Program-made: the position numbers and the translations under genes | Shown here: positions 49,960 to 59,397 of the stretch, in pieces | How the letters are laid out: every line of letters starts with the position of its first letter | How positions within the stretch are numbered: the stretch's first letter is position 1 | Assembly: GCA_964635565.1 (NCBI GenBank) | Contig: CAZWON010000003.1 | Location: 5,345 to 69,344, forward strand | Source of the DNA: an uncultured Planctomycetia bacterium | GTDB taxonomy: Bacteria > Omnitrophota > Gorgyraeia > Duberdicusellales > 4484-171 | Length of the DNA stretch: 64,000 bases | Reading direction: 5' to 3' | Notes under the pieces: generated by a model | What the model saw: the letters and a program-made list of their open reading frames with translations, nothing else | What the model was told of the DNA's origin: nothing | The model's database searches: none

Positions 49960-51318
49960 TTAGAGAAAAGGAAGATAATCTTTACCACTCGACAAAGGGT
50001 TCAAAGACGATTTTATATGAATATCTGGGTGAGTCTTTAAACTAATCAGCTCTCCTTTCTTAGAAGGGGGGAAAACGATCTCTACCTCAGGAGAAAAAAT
50101 ATCATCCTCATTTTGTTTTCTCACTATTCCTACCCATCCTTTATCCAGTTCTACAATTGTACTTATAGGATATACCCCCAAAAACCCAAAAAATTTCTCA
50201 AATAGCCAAGGGTCAAATAATCCCCCTTTTTCTTTAAGCATAATTTCATATATCATCTCAGGAGGGTAGTATCTTTTATAACTTCTTCTTGAACGGAGCG
50301 CATCGTAACAATCACATAGAGAAACCATTAAAGAAATAAAATGAGGCCTTTTAGAATAATGAACCTTAGGATACCCTTTTAGGTCATAACGTAAATGGTG
50401 CTCAAAAGCAACAACAGGCGGAAGCATTCCTAAGGAGTCTACATAACGAAGAAGAATCTCCGCCCCTAAAATAGTGTGGCTCTTAATATATCTCATTTCT
50501 TCCTCAGTCAAAATACCCGGCTTACTAATTACTCTTTGTGATATAGCAATTTTACCCATATCATGGAAAAGACCTGCTATTCCTATTTCTAATACATTCT
50601 CCTTATTCAGTGATAATTTAGAAGCAAAAACCATTGCCAATACACTTACATTCAAAGAGTGAACAAATGTAGATAAATCGTGCCTTTTGATTGAAACAAG
50701 CATAAGTAAATCCCAACGCCCCCCTAAAACCATATCCAAAATACTTTTTATTACTCTACGTGCATCATAAAAATCAATAGATTCCCCCCTTAATATTCCT
50801 TTAAATGATTCAGAAATAGTCTCTAATGTATTTTCATAAATACTTGGTTCTACAACATTAAATTTTCCATCTTTCTTCTTCTCTTTGCTTATTCCAATTT
50901 TCTTCTTCTCTTTGCTTATTCCAATTCTTCCTATCTCAATATGTTCTAATGCCAGATGAGAAAAATAATTTGAAAAATCTTCTGCACTCTCCACTTTTTC
51001 TACAAGTGCTCCTATATATTTTCTCAACTCCTCTTTACTCACTCCTCTTTTAAATATCATTTTTTCAATACCTTTATCCTCCAAATTTTTTGTAAGGACA
51101 CCTAACTTTTTGCTTAACTCAAAGAATACCTCCTTGTCATAAACTAATTCTCCCCCTACAAAACCAATGGTTATATCTTTTGAGCTTTCCAAAATCTCCC
51201 TTAATATTTTATATATATTATCTATCGCTTCTTCTGATTTCGGATGGGTTTGAGAATAAAGCATTATAATTTGAAGTGCAGATGCTAATTCTTTTAAAAA
51301 AAGTTCTATCTTACTCAT
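49960..51318 (-). CDS. HD-GYP phosphodiesterase with uncharacterised N-terminal domain
   Basis: TFVHSLNV, LFHDMGK, HT..GA, HHLRYDLKGYP, CDCYDAL..R.Y, GVYP. Confidence 0.9.
   Translation of the reverse strand: MSKIELFLKELASALQIIMLYSQTHPKSEEAIDNIYKILREILESSKDITIGFVGGELVYDKEVFFELSKKLGVLTKNLEDKGIEKMIFKRGVSKEELRKYIGALVEKVESAEDFSNYFSHLALEHIEIGRIGISKEKKKIGISKEKKKDGKFNVVEPSIYENTLETISESFKGILRGESIDFYDARRVIKSILDMVLGGRWDLLMLVSIKRHDLSTFVHSLNVSVLAMVFASKLSLNKENVLEIGIAGLFHDMGKIAISQRVISKPGILTEEEMRYIKSHTILGAEILLRYVDSLGMLPPVVAFEHHLRYDLKGYPKVHYSKRPHFISLMVSLCDCYDALRSRRSYKRYYPPEMIYEIMLKEKGGLFDPWLFEKFFGFLGVYPISTIVELDKGWVGIVRKQNEDDIFSPEVEIVFPPSKKGELISLKTHPDIHIKSSLNPLSSGKDYLPFL
50873..50926. repeat. Perfect 27-bp in-frame tandem duplication
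   Basis: ttcttcttctctttgcttattccaatt x2, encoding IGISKEKKK twice. Confidence 0.95.
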
Positions 51319-53273
51319 TTTTCCCTAAAAGTCTCTAATGTTTCCTCAATTGCTTTCCTTAAGGCTTTTCTCCCAAAGAGATAAAATCTTTTTCCTAATC
51401 TCTCCAATGGCTCTTTTGCTTCTCTAATATTATTATTTCCAATTAACCTAACATTATCTATCAAAATATTATTTCTTATGCCTAAAGGATTAAAAATATT
51501 AAGAAGCAAACCTACTGCTTTTTTCTTCAAATGAGGGGCCTTCATAACAATAATATTTAAAATCTCACGTTTAAGAAACATACTTTTGTTTTTCAATACT
51601 CTCAAGATAAAATCTTCATCTATAAAAGACATATTTTGTATTACCCTTATAATTTCTATTTTGATAAAAGGGTTATTAATATTAAATATATACTTCATAA
51701 CTTCCCATGATTCTTTTGTGTCTATATATTTTAATATATTTATTGCTTGCTCTGCCCTTTTAACAGTATAAACATTTTCTCTTATTGTTTTAAATAATAA
51801 ACTCAATTTGTCAGGGAAAAACTGCAAAAAAAGTGCTACTAATCTCCCCACTGAAAGGGTATCTTCCATAATTCTCTCTATATATATATTCGGACCAAGC
51901 GTACTGACAGATATTAACTTAGAGAGGGTATAGAAATCTTCATTGCTCATCCTGCTAATATTATTAAGAACAAAATCCTCTAGGGAAGATATAATCTGTT
52001 TTTTTGTCTTTTTACAGATGTCTACTACTTTATCCCTTAAAGAGCTCCTAATCTTTTTATCTAAAATATCAAGGAGATTTCTAATAAATACAAAATCTTC
52101 TAATTCAATGATTTTCTCCCAATTCTTCATAATATTAAAAATTATAAGCTCAATCCGCATATCTTTTTCCTCCAGATAAAGGAGATTTAAAAGCAGATAA
52201 ATATAGTTATTAAATATCTCCTTCTGATTAAATCTAAAAGAATCCGTTGTTCCCATCTCTCTAATAAGAGAACTTAAAGTAATCATATACACAGGAGAAA
52301 CAAATTTATTCTTAAAAGAGGTAATCAATTCTCTAAGTTTTTCTCTTGTTTCTATGCTATTTAAAATATCTCTGTTAGCGACAAATTTCTCCTTAAGATA
52401 ACCAGCTACTTTTTTCTGCTTATCACCATCAAGAAACTGAGAAAATACCTCTAAGGGGAAAGAATCAAATTTCTTATTTTCAAAATTATACTTCCATAGC
52501 GTCTCTGTCAATGTAAAAGGGTCCATCTTCTCTAAAAGATTTTTTATATCTTTCGCTATTTCCTCTTTCTTAAACAAATCTCTATTGTCCAGGCTAAATT
52601 TAACAAAAGATTCACTACATTGCTTAAATTTATCTATATCTGTTTCTCCCAGATTTTGAAGGACTTTTGTTATTTCTAAAGCTAAAGAGGTATCTCCTGT
52701 TAAATCTTCTGGAGAAAAATTTGATAAAACTTCCTCAAAATGATCAGTCAACTTTTTCATCTCCTCCGCAGGTGCTCTTTTTTTATAAGCTCTTTCTATA
52801 ATAAATTTCCAAATATCTTTTCTTTCCTCTCCTTCTGCTGAACCCAATAACTCTGAATAATCTAACTCCTCAACTTCAATACAAGAGACATTCTCCTTCA
52901 TAAGCCAGCTTTTAATCCCCTCCTCTTTAATAATATCCTTAAACGGTTTACTTACAATATCTATAAAAGTAGCTAATCCTCCAATCGTTACCCCTCTAAA
53001 AAACAGTATCTTTTTTACCTTCCTATAATGAAAGTGTTGGGCTAAACTTTTATATAACAATTCTCCCTTAAAATAGTCTTTCTCAACAAGAAGAGAATCA
53101 GAAGTTATACCAATCCAAAAAGGATCTACAGTATAAGTAATTTCCTCTAATAATTGGTAAGTATCAGAAAGAGATTTTTTAAGAACAGGGTGGTTTTTAA
53201 AATATACGCTAGCATTAGTAAGAGAAATTTTGAGTTGCTTAAAAAACCTCTCAATTAGTTCTCTTTCTATCAT
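51315..53273 (-). CDS. Large helical (HEAT-like) protein whose N-terminal domain resembles that of the HD-GYP neighbour
   Basis: 652-aa ORF overlapping both neighbours; amphipathic helical C-terminus; Y...HP and FxRGV motifs. Confidence 0.7.
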   Translation of the reverse strand: MIERELIERFFKQLKISLTNASVYFKNHPVLKKSLSDTYQLLEEITYTVDPFWIGITSDSLLVEKDYFKGELLYKSLAQHFHYRKVKKILFFRGVTIGGLATFIDIVSKPFKDIIKEEGIKSWLMKENVSCIEVEELDYSELLGSAEGEERKDIWKFIIERAYKKRAPAEEMKKLTDHFEEVLSNFSPEDLTGDTSLALEITKVLQNLGETDIDKFKQCSESFVKFSLDNRDLFKKEEIAKDIKNLLEKMDPFTLTETLWKYNFENKKFDSFPLEVFSQFLDGDKQKKVAGYLKEKFVANRDILNSIETREKLRELITSFKNKFVSPVYMITLSSLIREMGTTDSFRFNQKEIFNNYIYLLLNLLYLEEKDMRIELIIFNIMKNWEKIIELEDFVFIRNLLDILDKKIRSSLRDKVVDICKKTKKQIISSLEDFVLNNISRMSNEDFYTLSKLISVSTLGPNIYIERIMEDTLSVGRLVALFLQFFPDKLSLLFKTIRENVYTVKRAEQAINILKYIDTKESWEVMKYIFNINNPFIKIEIIRVIQNMSFIDEDFILRVLKNKSMFLKREILNIIVMKAPHLKKKAVGLLLNIFNPLGIRNNILIDNVRLIGNNNIREAKEPLERLGKRFYLFGRKALRKAIEETLETFREK

Positions 53274-54418
53274 CAGAAATACTCTCTAAAAACATTAACT
53301 ACCCTACACCATAAAGAGTCTTGAATATCTTTCTCAAATAACATCTTTTTCCCATAATATACACAGCCAAACGCCGCAGGACACCTTTCTCTAAAATAAG
53401 AGTTACTATGGATATTCAAATTAAAATTACCCTTCATAAAAGTGTAAAAACCATCTCTCTCTGTTAACTCTCCTACAAAAGATACCGTATAATCTTTTTG
53501 CTGACGTATCTTATTAATATCATGTATAACTTCTTCCATGTTATTCTTAATAACTTCCTTAACAATACTATTAATAATAGTAGCTTCTATAGTAAAATAC
53601 CTATCTCCATTTTTAATGCTTATCTCCTTATCGTGGGGGAGACTGTCAAAAGAACTATAATTTATTACTAAATTTTTCGCTAAATATTCAGGCAGACGAA
53701 ACCTTTTTGCTATCTCTTCTATAATATTATCCTCTCCAAATTCATAAACTCTCTCAAATAATAACCTTCTTCCTAAAAAACACCACAAAAAAGTAGCTTT
53801 CTCTTTTATCTTTATAATAAAAGAGTGGACTTTGCTCGGTATACGATAAAGAGCGCTATACTCAGCGATACTTTCGTGAATAAAGGTAGAAAACTTCCGG
53901 TTAACATTACTGAAGCATTCTCTAAAAGTATCATATAAATCGTAAGGTATAGTTATAAGCATAGATTTTAAAAAAACTTTCTTTGCCCATTCTCCTATAG
54001 GTGAATTATAAAAAATTTTCTCTCCAATTCTATATTCCATAATAATATGATGAAGACAATAATCTCCTAAGTCTAAAGCAATATTTTCCATTTGTTTTTT
54101 TATAGAGACAATGTCTTGAAGAGTTAATTTCTTATAGAAACTTAGGGGCACAACATCCTCTAATATCTTTATTTTTGCATAAGAAGAAGGTAATTTAAAA
54201 AATATATCTCCCATTTTAAAAGAATGCTTTTTTTCCTGGCTTCTAATATACCCGTCAATTTCGTCAATATTAGCAATAATAAAATCTCTTAAATCTTTTC
54301 CTGAATAAGATATTTTCTGCCTTCCTTCAACATACGGAATTATTATCTTTTTTTTACTTAAAACAAAAGAAAAAAATAAGTTATCTTTCTCTAAACTTAA
54401 ACCTCCGTAAACTTTCAT
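53273..54418 (-). CDS. ftsA: Highly divergent FtsA-like protein
   Basis: Position after ftsQ; LHHII.EY.I...P.G, FGE..I...IA..F, AFG, C-terminal amphipathic helix SLWCRVVNVFREYF. ATP-binding motifs are degenerate. Confidence 0.65.
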   Translation of the reverse strand: MKVYGGLSLEKDNLFFSFVLSKKKIIIPYVEGRQKISYSGKDLRDFIIANIDEIDGYIRSQEKKHSFKMGDIFFKLPSSYAKIKILEDVVPLSFYKKLTLQDIVSIKKQMENIALDLGDYCLHHIIMEYRIGEKIFYNSPIGEWAKKVFLKSMLITIPYDLYDTFRECFSNVNRKFSTFIHESIAEYSALYRIPSKVHSFIIKIKEKATFLWCFLGRRLLFERVYEFGEDNIIEEIAKRFRLPEYLAKNLVINYSSFDSLPHDKEISIKNGDRYFTIEATIINSIVKEVIKNNMEEVIHDINKIRQQKDYTVSFVGELTERDGFYTFMKGNFNLNIHSNSYFRERCPAAFGCVYYGKKMLFEKDIQDSLWCRVVNVFREYF

Positions 54419-54427
54419 CTTTCGTTC

Positions 54428-55195
54428 TTACCATTTATTGCCAACATATATATCGCCGTCCGTAGAGGCATGTCTTAAGTCTATATACCGCAAAGAATCG
54501 ATTTTATTACTGAATTTTTTCTCAAGAAGCCTCTCCAGAAGAAAAAGTTTTTTAGAAAAATTTCCCTCTCCCACAATTATATTAACATCTTTTATAAAAA
54601 ATGAGATAGTATAAAGGGAAGTAGCACTAATAGTATTTATATTAAATCTATGGATTAAAGAACTCTTTTTCAACTCCTTAATCAATTGGTAAACAGAAAC
54701 AAGTCTTCTATCATTAATTGCTTTACCTATTTCTAAAGGAAAATTATAATCTCCTAGCTCAATAATAAAAATGTTAGGGTAGGGAGTGGGGCATCTTTTT
54801 TTTAATAATACTCTCTCTTCATCTAAAATATAAAAACCATCCTTTTTTAATTGAACAAAAGGTTCTCTCTTTTCTGCTTTGATTCTTAAAGTAGAGGGAA
54901 ATACTTTTACTATAGAAACATCTTTAATATTAGGATATTTTTTTATTATTTTACTGCGGAGAGCTTCTACCTTGATAGAAAATATCAATTTTCCTTTTAT
55001 TTGATCCTCTATATTTTTTCCAATCTCTATATTAGAAGTAATGGTATTAATGTTAAATGTAGGTAAAGAAGCTATTTGAAAAGAAAGAAAAAATATCCCT
55101 CCTAATGTTACAAAAATAAGAAATATCTTAACTATATTACTCAAAGGGATAAATTTTCTTCTCTCTTTAAACTTTTTGCTTCGCTTTTTTCTCAT
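54428..55195 (-). CDS. ftsQ: Cell division protein FtsQ/DivIB
   Basis: Basic N-terminus, TM helix, POTRA (FPSTLRI..R.P), YIDLR. Confidence 0.85.
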   Translation of the reverse strand: MRKKRSKKFKERRKFIPLSNIVKIFLIFVTLGGIFFLSFQIASLPTFNINTITSNIEIGKNIEDQIKGKLIFSIKVEALRSKIIKKYPNIKDVSIVKVFPSTLRIKAEKREPFVQLKKDGFYILDEERVLLKKRCPTPYPNIFIIELGDYNFPLEIGKAINDRRLVSVYQLIKELKKSSLIHRFNINTISATSLYTISFFIKDVNIIVGEGNFSKKLFLLERLLEKKFSNKIDSLRYIDLRHASTDGDIYVGNKW

Positions 55196-56141
55196 TCTTT
55201 AAAGCAGATATTAACATTCTCATTATAAGATTATCAAAATCTATTCCGCACACTTTAGCAGAAAGAGGAAGCAGACTATGAGACGTAAGGCCAGGAATAG
55301 AATTAACCTCCAAAACAAAAGGATTATTATAATTATCCAACCTAATATCTACTCTTGAAAAGTGCCTACACCCTAAACAACGATGTGCTCTTTCCGCCAT
55401 TTCCATAACTTTTTTATATGTATCTTTATTTAAAGGAGCAGGTGCTTTAAATTCTGCCAAGGCATCACTATACTTAGTAGTAAAATCAAAATAACCTTCT
55501 TTAGGAACAATCTCAATAACACTTAAAGGCTTATCATCAAGTATCCCTACAGTAATTTCTCTACCTCGAATATACTCCTCTATAATTAACCTATCACTTA
55601 TCTCAAATGCTTTATTAATACTCTTATCCCATGCCTTAATATCATCAACAATAAATACTCCAATACTTGAACCAGAATAATAAGGCTTTATAACTTTAGG
55701 AAAAGATAAAGGAGAAGCTACCTTATCTTTGTGGATAATATAGAAATCAGGTGTCAAAACATTATTCTCTAAAAATAACCTCTTAGAAGCAATTTTATCC
55801 ATTGCCAAATAGCTTGCTTCTGGTCCAGAGCCTGTATAAGGAATATCAATGCCTTCCAGTATTTTTTGAATCTGGCCATCTTCTCCAAACTCACCATGAA
55901 GAGCAATAAAAGCAATTTCAATATTGTTCGCTAAAAGAATTTCTTCTATCGTATGTTCATCAGAAGTATTTATCTCTATCTCTTCTGCATCTAATCCCTT
56001 TCTTTTAAGGGCTAAAAAAACTTCTCTTCCCGAGATTAAGGAAATTTTTCTTTCTTCAGAGATTCCTCCTTTAAGTACACCAATTTTATAATTCTTAAGC
56101 TCCTCTAAATCTCTCTCTATCTTTTTAGTTAACATCCCCAT
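55167..56141 (-). CDS. ddl: D-alanine--D-alanine ligase
   Basis: GG.S.ER.ISL.SG, LHGEFGEDG, MDK, GSSIGV, EVNSIPG. Confidence 0.96.
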   Translation of the reverse strand: MGMLTKKIERDLEELKNYKIGVLKGGISEERKISLISGREVFLALKRKGLDAEEIEINTSDEHTIEEILLANNIEIAFIALHGEFGEDGQIQKILEGIDIPYTGSGPEASYLAMDKIASKRLFLENNVLTPDFYIIHKDKVASPLSFPKVIKPYYSGSSIGVFIVDDIKAWDKSINKAFEISDRLIIEEYIRGREITVGILDDKPLSVIEIVPKEGYFDFTTKYSDALAEFKAPAPLNKDTYKKVMEMAERAHRCLGCRHFSRVDIRLDNYNNPFVLEVNSIPGLTSHSLLPLSAKVCGIDFDNLIMRMLISALKNEKKAKQKV

Positions 56142-57001
56142 CTTACCACTTCTTCTTCTAAATATATTCCAAATCTATCGTAAACCCTTTCTTTTATTAC
56201 ACTAATAAGATAAATTACATCCTTGGTTTTTGCTTTCCCCCTATTAATAATGAAATTAGCATGTTTTAAAGAAATCTGAGCATCTCCTACTCTAAATCCT
56301 TTAAGAAAACACCTTTCAATAAGCAACCCCACGCTTACATAAGGAGGATTTTTGAAAATACACCCTGCAGAAGGAAACATAAAATCCTGATACGCCAATC
56401 TTTGCCTTAGATATAACCCTATAGAATCTTTTATACCTGCAGCTTCCTGCAATTTTATTTTTACTTTAATTATTATATATTCTTTTAAAGAAGAATAATG
56501 ATAACCAAATTTTATCTCATCTTTCCCTATATGCTTTATCTCACCTTCTTTGGTAAAAACCACAACCTCCTCAACAAGAGAAGAAAACTCCTTCCCAAAA
56601 GCAGAAGCATTCATTACTGTCATCCCCCCAATAGTTGCAGGGATACCCACTAATTCCTCTAATCCCTTAAGACTTTTCCCTATAGCATAAGAGATTAATT
56701 TAGATAAAGGAGTCATTGCTCCTACTATTAAAGTCGTATTATCCTGCCTTTCTATAAAACTGAACTCCTCTCCTAAAGTAACAATTGGTTTATCGATACT
56801 ACTATCACTGATAAGAAGATTTGAGCCTCCGCCTAAAAAATAAAAATCTTTCTCTTTTTTAATAATTCTCTGCAGTTCGTCTATGCTATGGGCTATAAAA
56901 AAATAAGACGCTCTTCCTCCTATCTTAAAAGTATTTAGATTCTTCAATAAAAAATCTCTCCTTACATCTATTTTCTTATTAGATTTTAGTCTAATACCCA
57001 T
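56129..57001 (-). CDS. murB: UDP-N-acetylenolpyruvoylglucosamine reductase
   Basis: TFKIGG, GGGSNLL, GIPATIGG..MNA, SAGCIFKNP, HANFIIN. Confidence 0.94.
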   Translation of the reverse strand: MGIRLKSNKKIDVRRDFLLKNLNTFKIGGRASYFFIAHSIDELQRIIKKEKDFYFLGGGSNLLISDSSIDKPIVTLGEEFSFIERQDNTTLIVGAMTPLSKLISYAIGKSLKGLEELVGIPATIGGMTVMNASAFGKEFSSLVEEVVVFTKEGEIKHIGKDEIKFGYHYSSLKEYIIIKVKIKLQEAAGIKDSIGLYLRQRLAYQDFMFPSAGCIFKNPPYVSVGLLIERCFLKGFRVGDAQISLKHANFIINRGKAKTKDVIYLISVIKERVYDRFGIYLEEEVVRWGC

Positions 57002-58388
57002 AAACAGTATCGGTCTTTAAAGAAATTTCTTTCAAAATAGTATCCATTATTATATTTATATCTCCTGCTCCTAAACCCATTACTAAATCACCTTCTTTTA
57101 ATAATAGAGGGACCTCAAAAGGCAATTTCTCTTTGGGAATATAAACAACATTAGAAAAATATTTTTTAATCTCCTTTGCAAGAAAATGTCCATTGATTCC
57201 TTCCTGGGAAGTTTCTCCTGCAGAATATATATCCGTTACCACAAGATAATCACAGGAGTAGAAACATTTTGCAAATTCTCTATAAAGCAACTTTACCCTA
57301 CTGTAACGATGTGGTTGAATAATAACAACTAATCTTTTAGGTAAAAGTTGCCGTGCTGCTTTTAATGTTGCCGATATCTCTGTGGGATGATGGGCATAAT
57401 CATCTACAAAGATTATCCCTCCTATATTAGCTTTAAATTGAAAACGGCGAGATGTTCCTTTGAACTCTCTCAATAAGGGGATAATATTAAAGATATCCTC
57501 ACCTAAATAACTACATAAGGATATAACTGCTAAGGCATTTAAAACATTATGTTCTCCTAAAAGAGACAATTCTATCCCTTTCACTTTTTTTTCTTTCAAG
57601 ATAAGATCAAAAACTGTATATTTACTATAAAAACGGACATTCTCTGCTCTAATAGTATTGCTTTTGAGAAACCCATAGGAACACGAAGAAACTTTTTCTA
57701 ATAACTGTCTTACATTTTTATCATCACCACATCCAATGGTTAAAGACCTTGTATTTAACATAAGCTTATAGAAACTATTATATAAGTTTTCAAAACTCTT
57801 ATAAAAGTCTAAATGCTCATAATCTATATTGGTCACAACAAAAATCCAAGGATTATAATACAAAAAACTACCATCGCTCTCATCTGCTTCAATCACAAAC
57901 AAATCTTTACCACTCCAAGCGTATCTGCCAAAATCCAAAGAGATTCCTCCAATAAATACATTAGGGGCATATCCCAACTTAGTTAAAACAAATGCTATTA
58001 AAGCACTGGTAGTAGTCTTACCATGACTTCCACTTATCACAATATTTTTAGCATTCAAAGAAATCCATGATAACAACTCTGCTCTTTTTATAACCTCAAT
58101 ACCTTTCCTCTTGGCTTCTAAGATCTCAATATTATCCTCTTTAACTGCAGAAGAATAACAGAGAAGTTGGGCGCCATAAATATTTTCTCTTCTATGACCT
58201 ACATAAACCTTAAAATCCTCTTTTCTTAATGCCATTATATTTTTGCTTTCCTTTATATCGGAACCGCTCACAATAAACCCTCTATCTCTTAACAAAAATG
58301 CCAAACCCATCATTCCTACTCCTCCTATCCCCACCAGATGTATCCTCTTTATCTTAAAAAGGTAATCCTTCATAATATTACTCTTCAA
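56991..58388 (-). CDS. murC: UDP-MurNAc--L-alanine ligase
   Basis: GIGGVGM, GSHGKTTT, EADESDGS, DDYAHHPTE, QPHRYSR, GAGD. Confidence 0.96.
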   Translation of the reverse strand: MKSNIMKDYLFKIKRIHLVGIGGVGMMGLAFLLRDRGFIVSGSDIKESKNIMALRKEDFKVYVGHRRENIYGAQLLCYSSAVKEDNIEILEAKRKGIEVIKRAELLSWISLNAKNIVISGSHGKTTTSALIAFVLTKLGYAPNVFIGGISLDFGRYAWSGKDLFVIEADESDGSFLYYNPWIFVVTNIDYEHLDFYKSFENLYNSFYKLMLNTRSLTIGCGDDKNVRQLLEKVSSCSYGFLKSNTIRAENVRFYSKYTVFDLILKEKKVKGIELSLLGEHNVLNALAVISLCSYLGEDIFNIIPLLREFKGTSRRFQFKANIGGIIFVDDYAHHPTEISATLKAARQLLPKRLVVIIQPHRYSRVKLLYREFAKCFYSCDYLVVTDIYSAGETSQEGINGHFLAKEIKKYFSNVVYIPKEKLPFEVPLLLKEGDLVMGLGAGDINIIMDTILKEISLKTDTVYGY

Positions 58389-59397
58389 AACTGCGAGAGA
58401 ACTCTCTACAATCTACTATTATATCTATCTTCTTAAGATTGTCCTTAATCCTTAAGCGCTCTTCACTATCTGAAAGAAGTTTCTCTAGGCACTCTTTAAA
58501 TGCCTTAAAAGAAAAATTTCTCTGGTCTACCATATAACAGGCATCCCTTTTCTTTAAGTAAGAAACATTAACATATTGATGATTTTCTGCACCAGGATAA
58601 GGCACAAAAATCGCAGGAATCTTATAAGAAACTACCTCACCAATACTTAATGCTCCTCCTCTACAAATCACAATATCTGCTGCGGAATAAAGAAATTCTA
58701 TATTCTCACAAAAATCATAAACTATAGCTTTTTTCTTTATTTTATCATAAAATCCTAAAAAATAAGAGTATTGTTTAAATCCCGTAATATGAATAATTGA
58801 ACAATCCTCTTCTAAAATCTCTATCATTTGCCTAAAAACAGTATTGATAAATTCTGAACCTTGACTTCCCCCAAAACACATAATTACAGGAATGTTATAA
58901 TCCAATCCTAAAATTTTTCTTGCATATTTTTTATCATATCTCATAAGTTCATCTCTTATAGGGACTTTTACCCATTTATCTTTATTAGAAAACTTAAAAG
59001 GAGGCATCCCTCGGTATACTCTTTTAACGAATAGAGCAAGGACTCTGTTTGTTTTACCCAAAATAACATTGGGTTCATAAATAGCAACATCTATAAAAAA
59101 TAAACGGGAAAGTAAAATCAAGAAAAAAGTATCCCTACCTCCAAAACCAATTACTCTGTGAGGACGGAGCTTAAATATTAAATAAACCGACTCCCAAAAC
59201 CTAAAGATACTTTCGATAAGGATATTTCTAAATTTCAAAGTAAAACCGTAAACACTAAAACCATCTTTTCTCAATAAAAATTTAAAATAATAGGAAGGAA
59301 CAAAAAAGAAAACTCTTTCTTTGCCAAAATAATTAGCTAGACACCTTGCAGGGAAAAAATGTCCTCCACTTCTATCGCATGCGAGGATAATCCTCAT
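58378..59397 (-). CDS. murG: Undecaprenyl-PP-MurNAc-pentapeptide GlcNAc transferase
   Basis: SGGHFFPA, GFGG, EPN..G.TN, FGGSQG, RGGA...E, HQ..N. Confidence 0.9.
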   Translation of the reverse strand: MRIILACDRSGGHFFPARCLANYFGKERVFFFVPSYYFKFLLRKDGFSVYGFTLKFRNILIESIFRFWESVYLIFKLRPHRVIGFGGRDTFFLILLSRLFFIDVAIYEPNVILGKTNRVLALFVKRVYRGMPPFKFSNKDKWVKVPIRDELMRYDKKYARKILGLDYNIPVIMCFGGSQGSEFINTVFRQMIEILEEDCSIIHITGFKQYSYFLGFYDKIKKKAIVYDFCENIEFLYSAADIVICRGGALSIGEVVSYKIPAIFVPYPGAENHQYVNVSYLKKRDACYMVDQRNFSFKAFKECLEKLLSDSEERLRIKDNLKKIDIIVDCREFSRSFEE

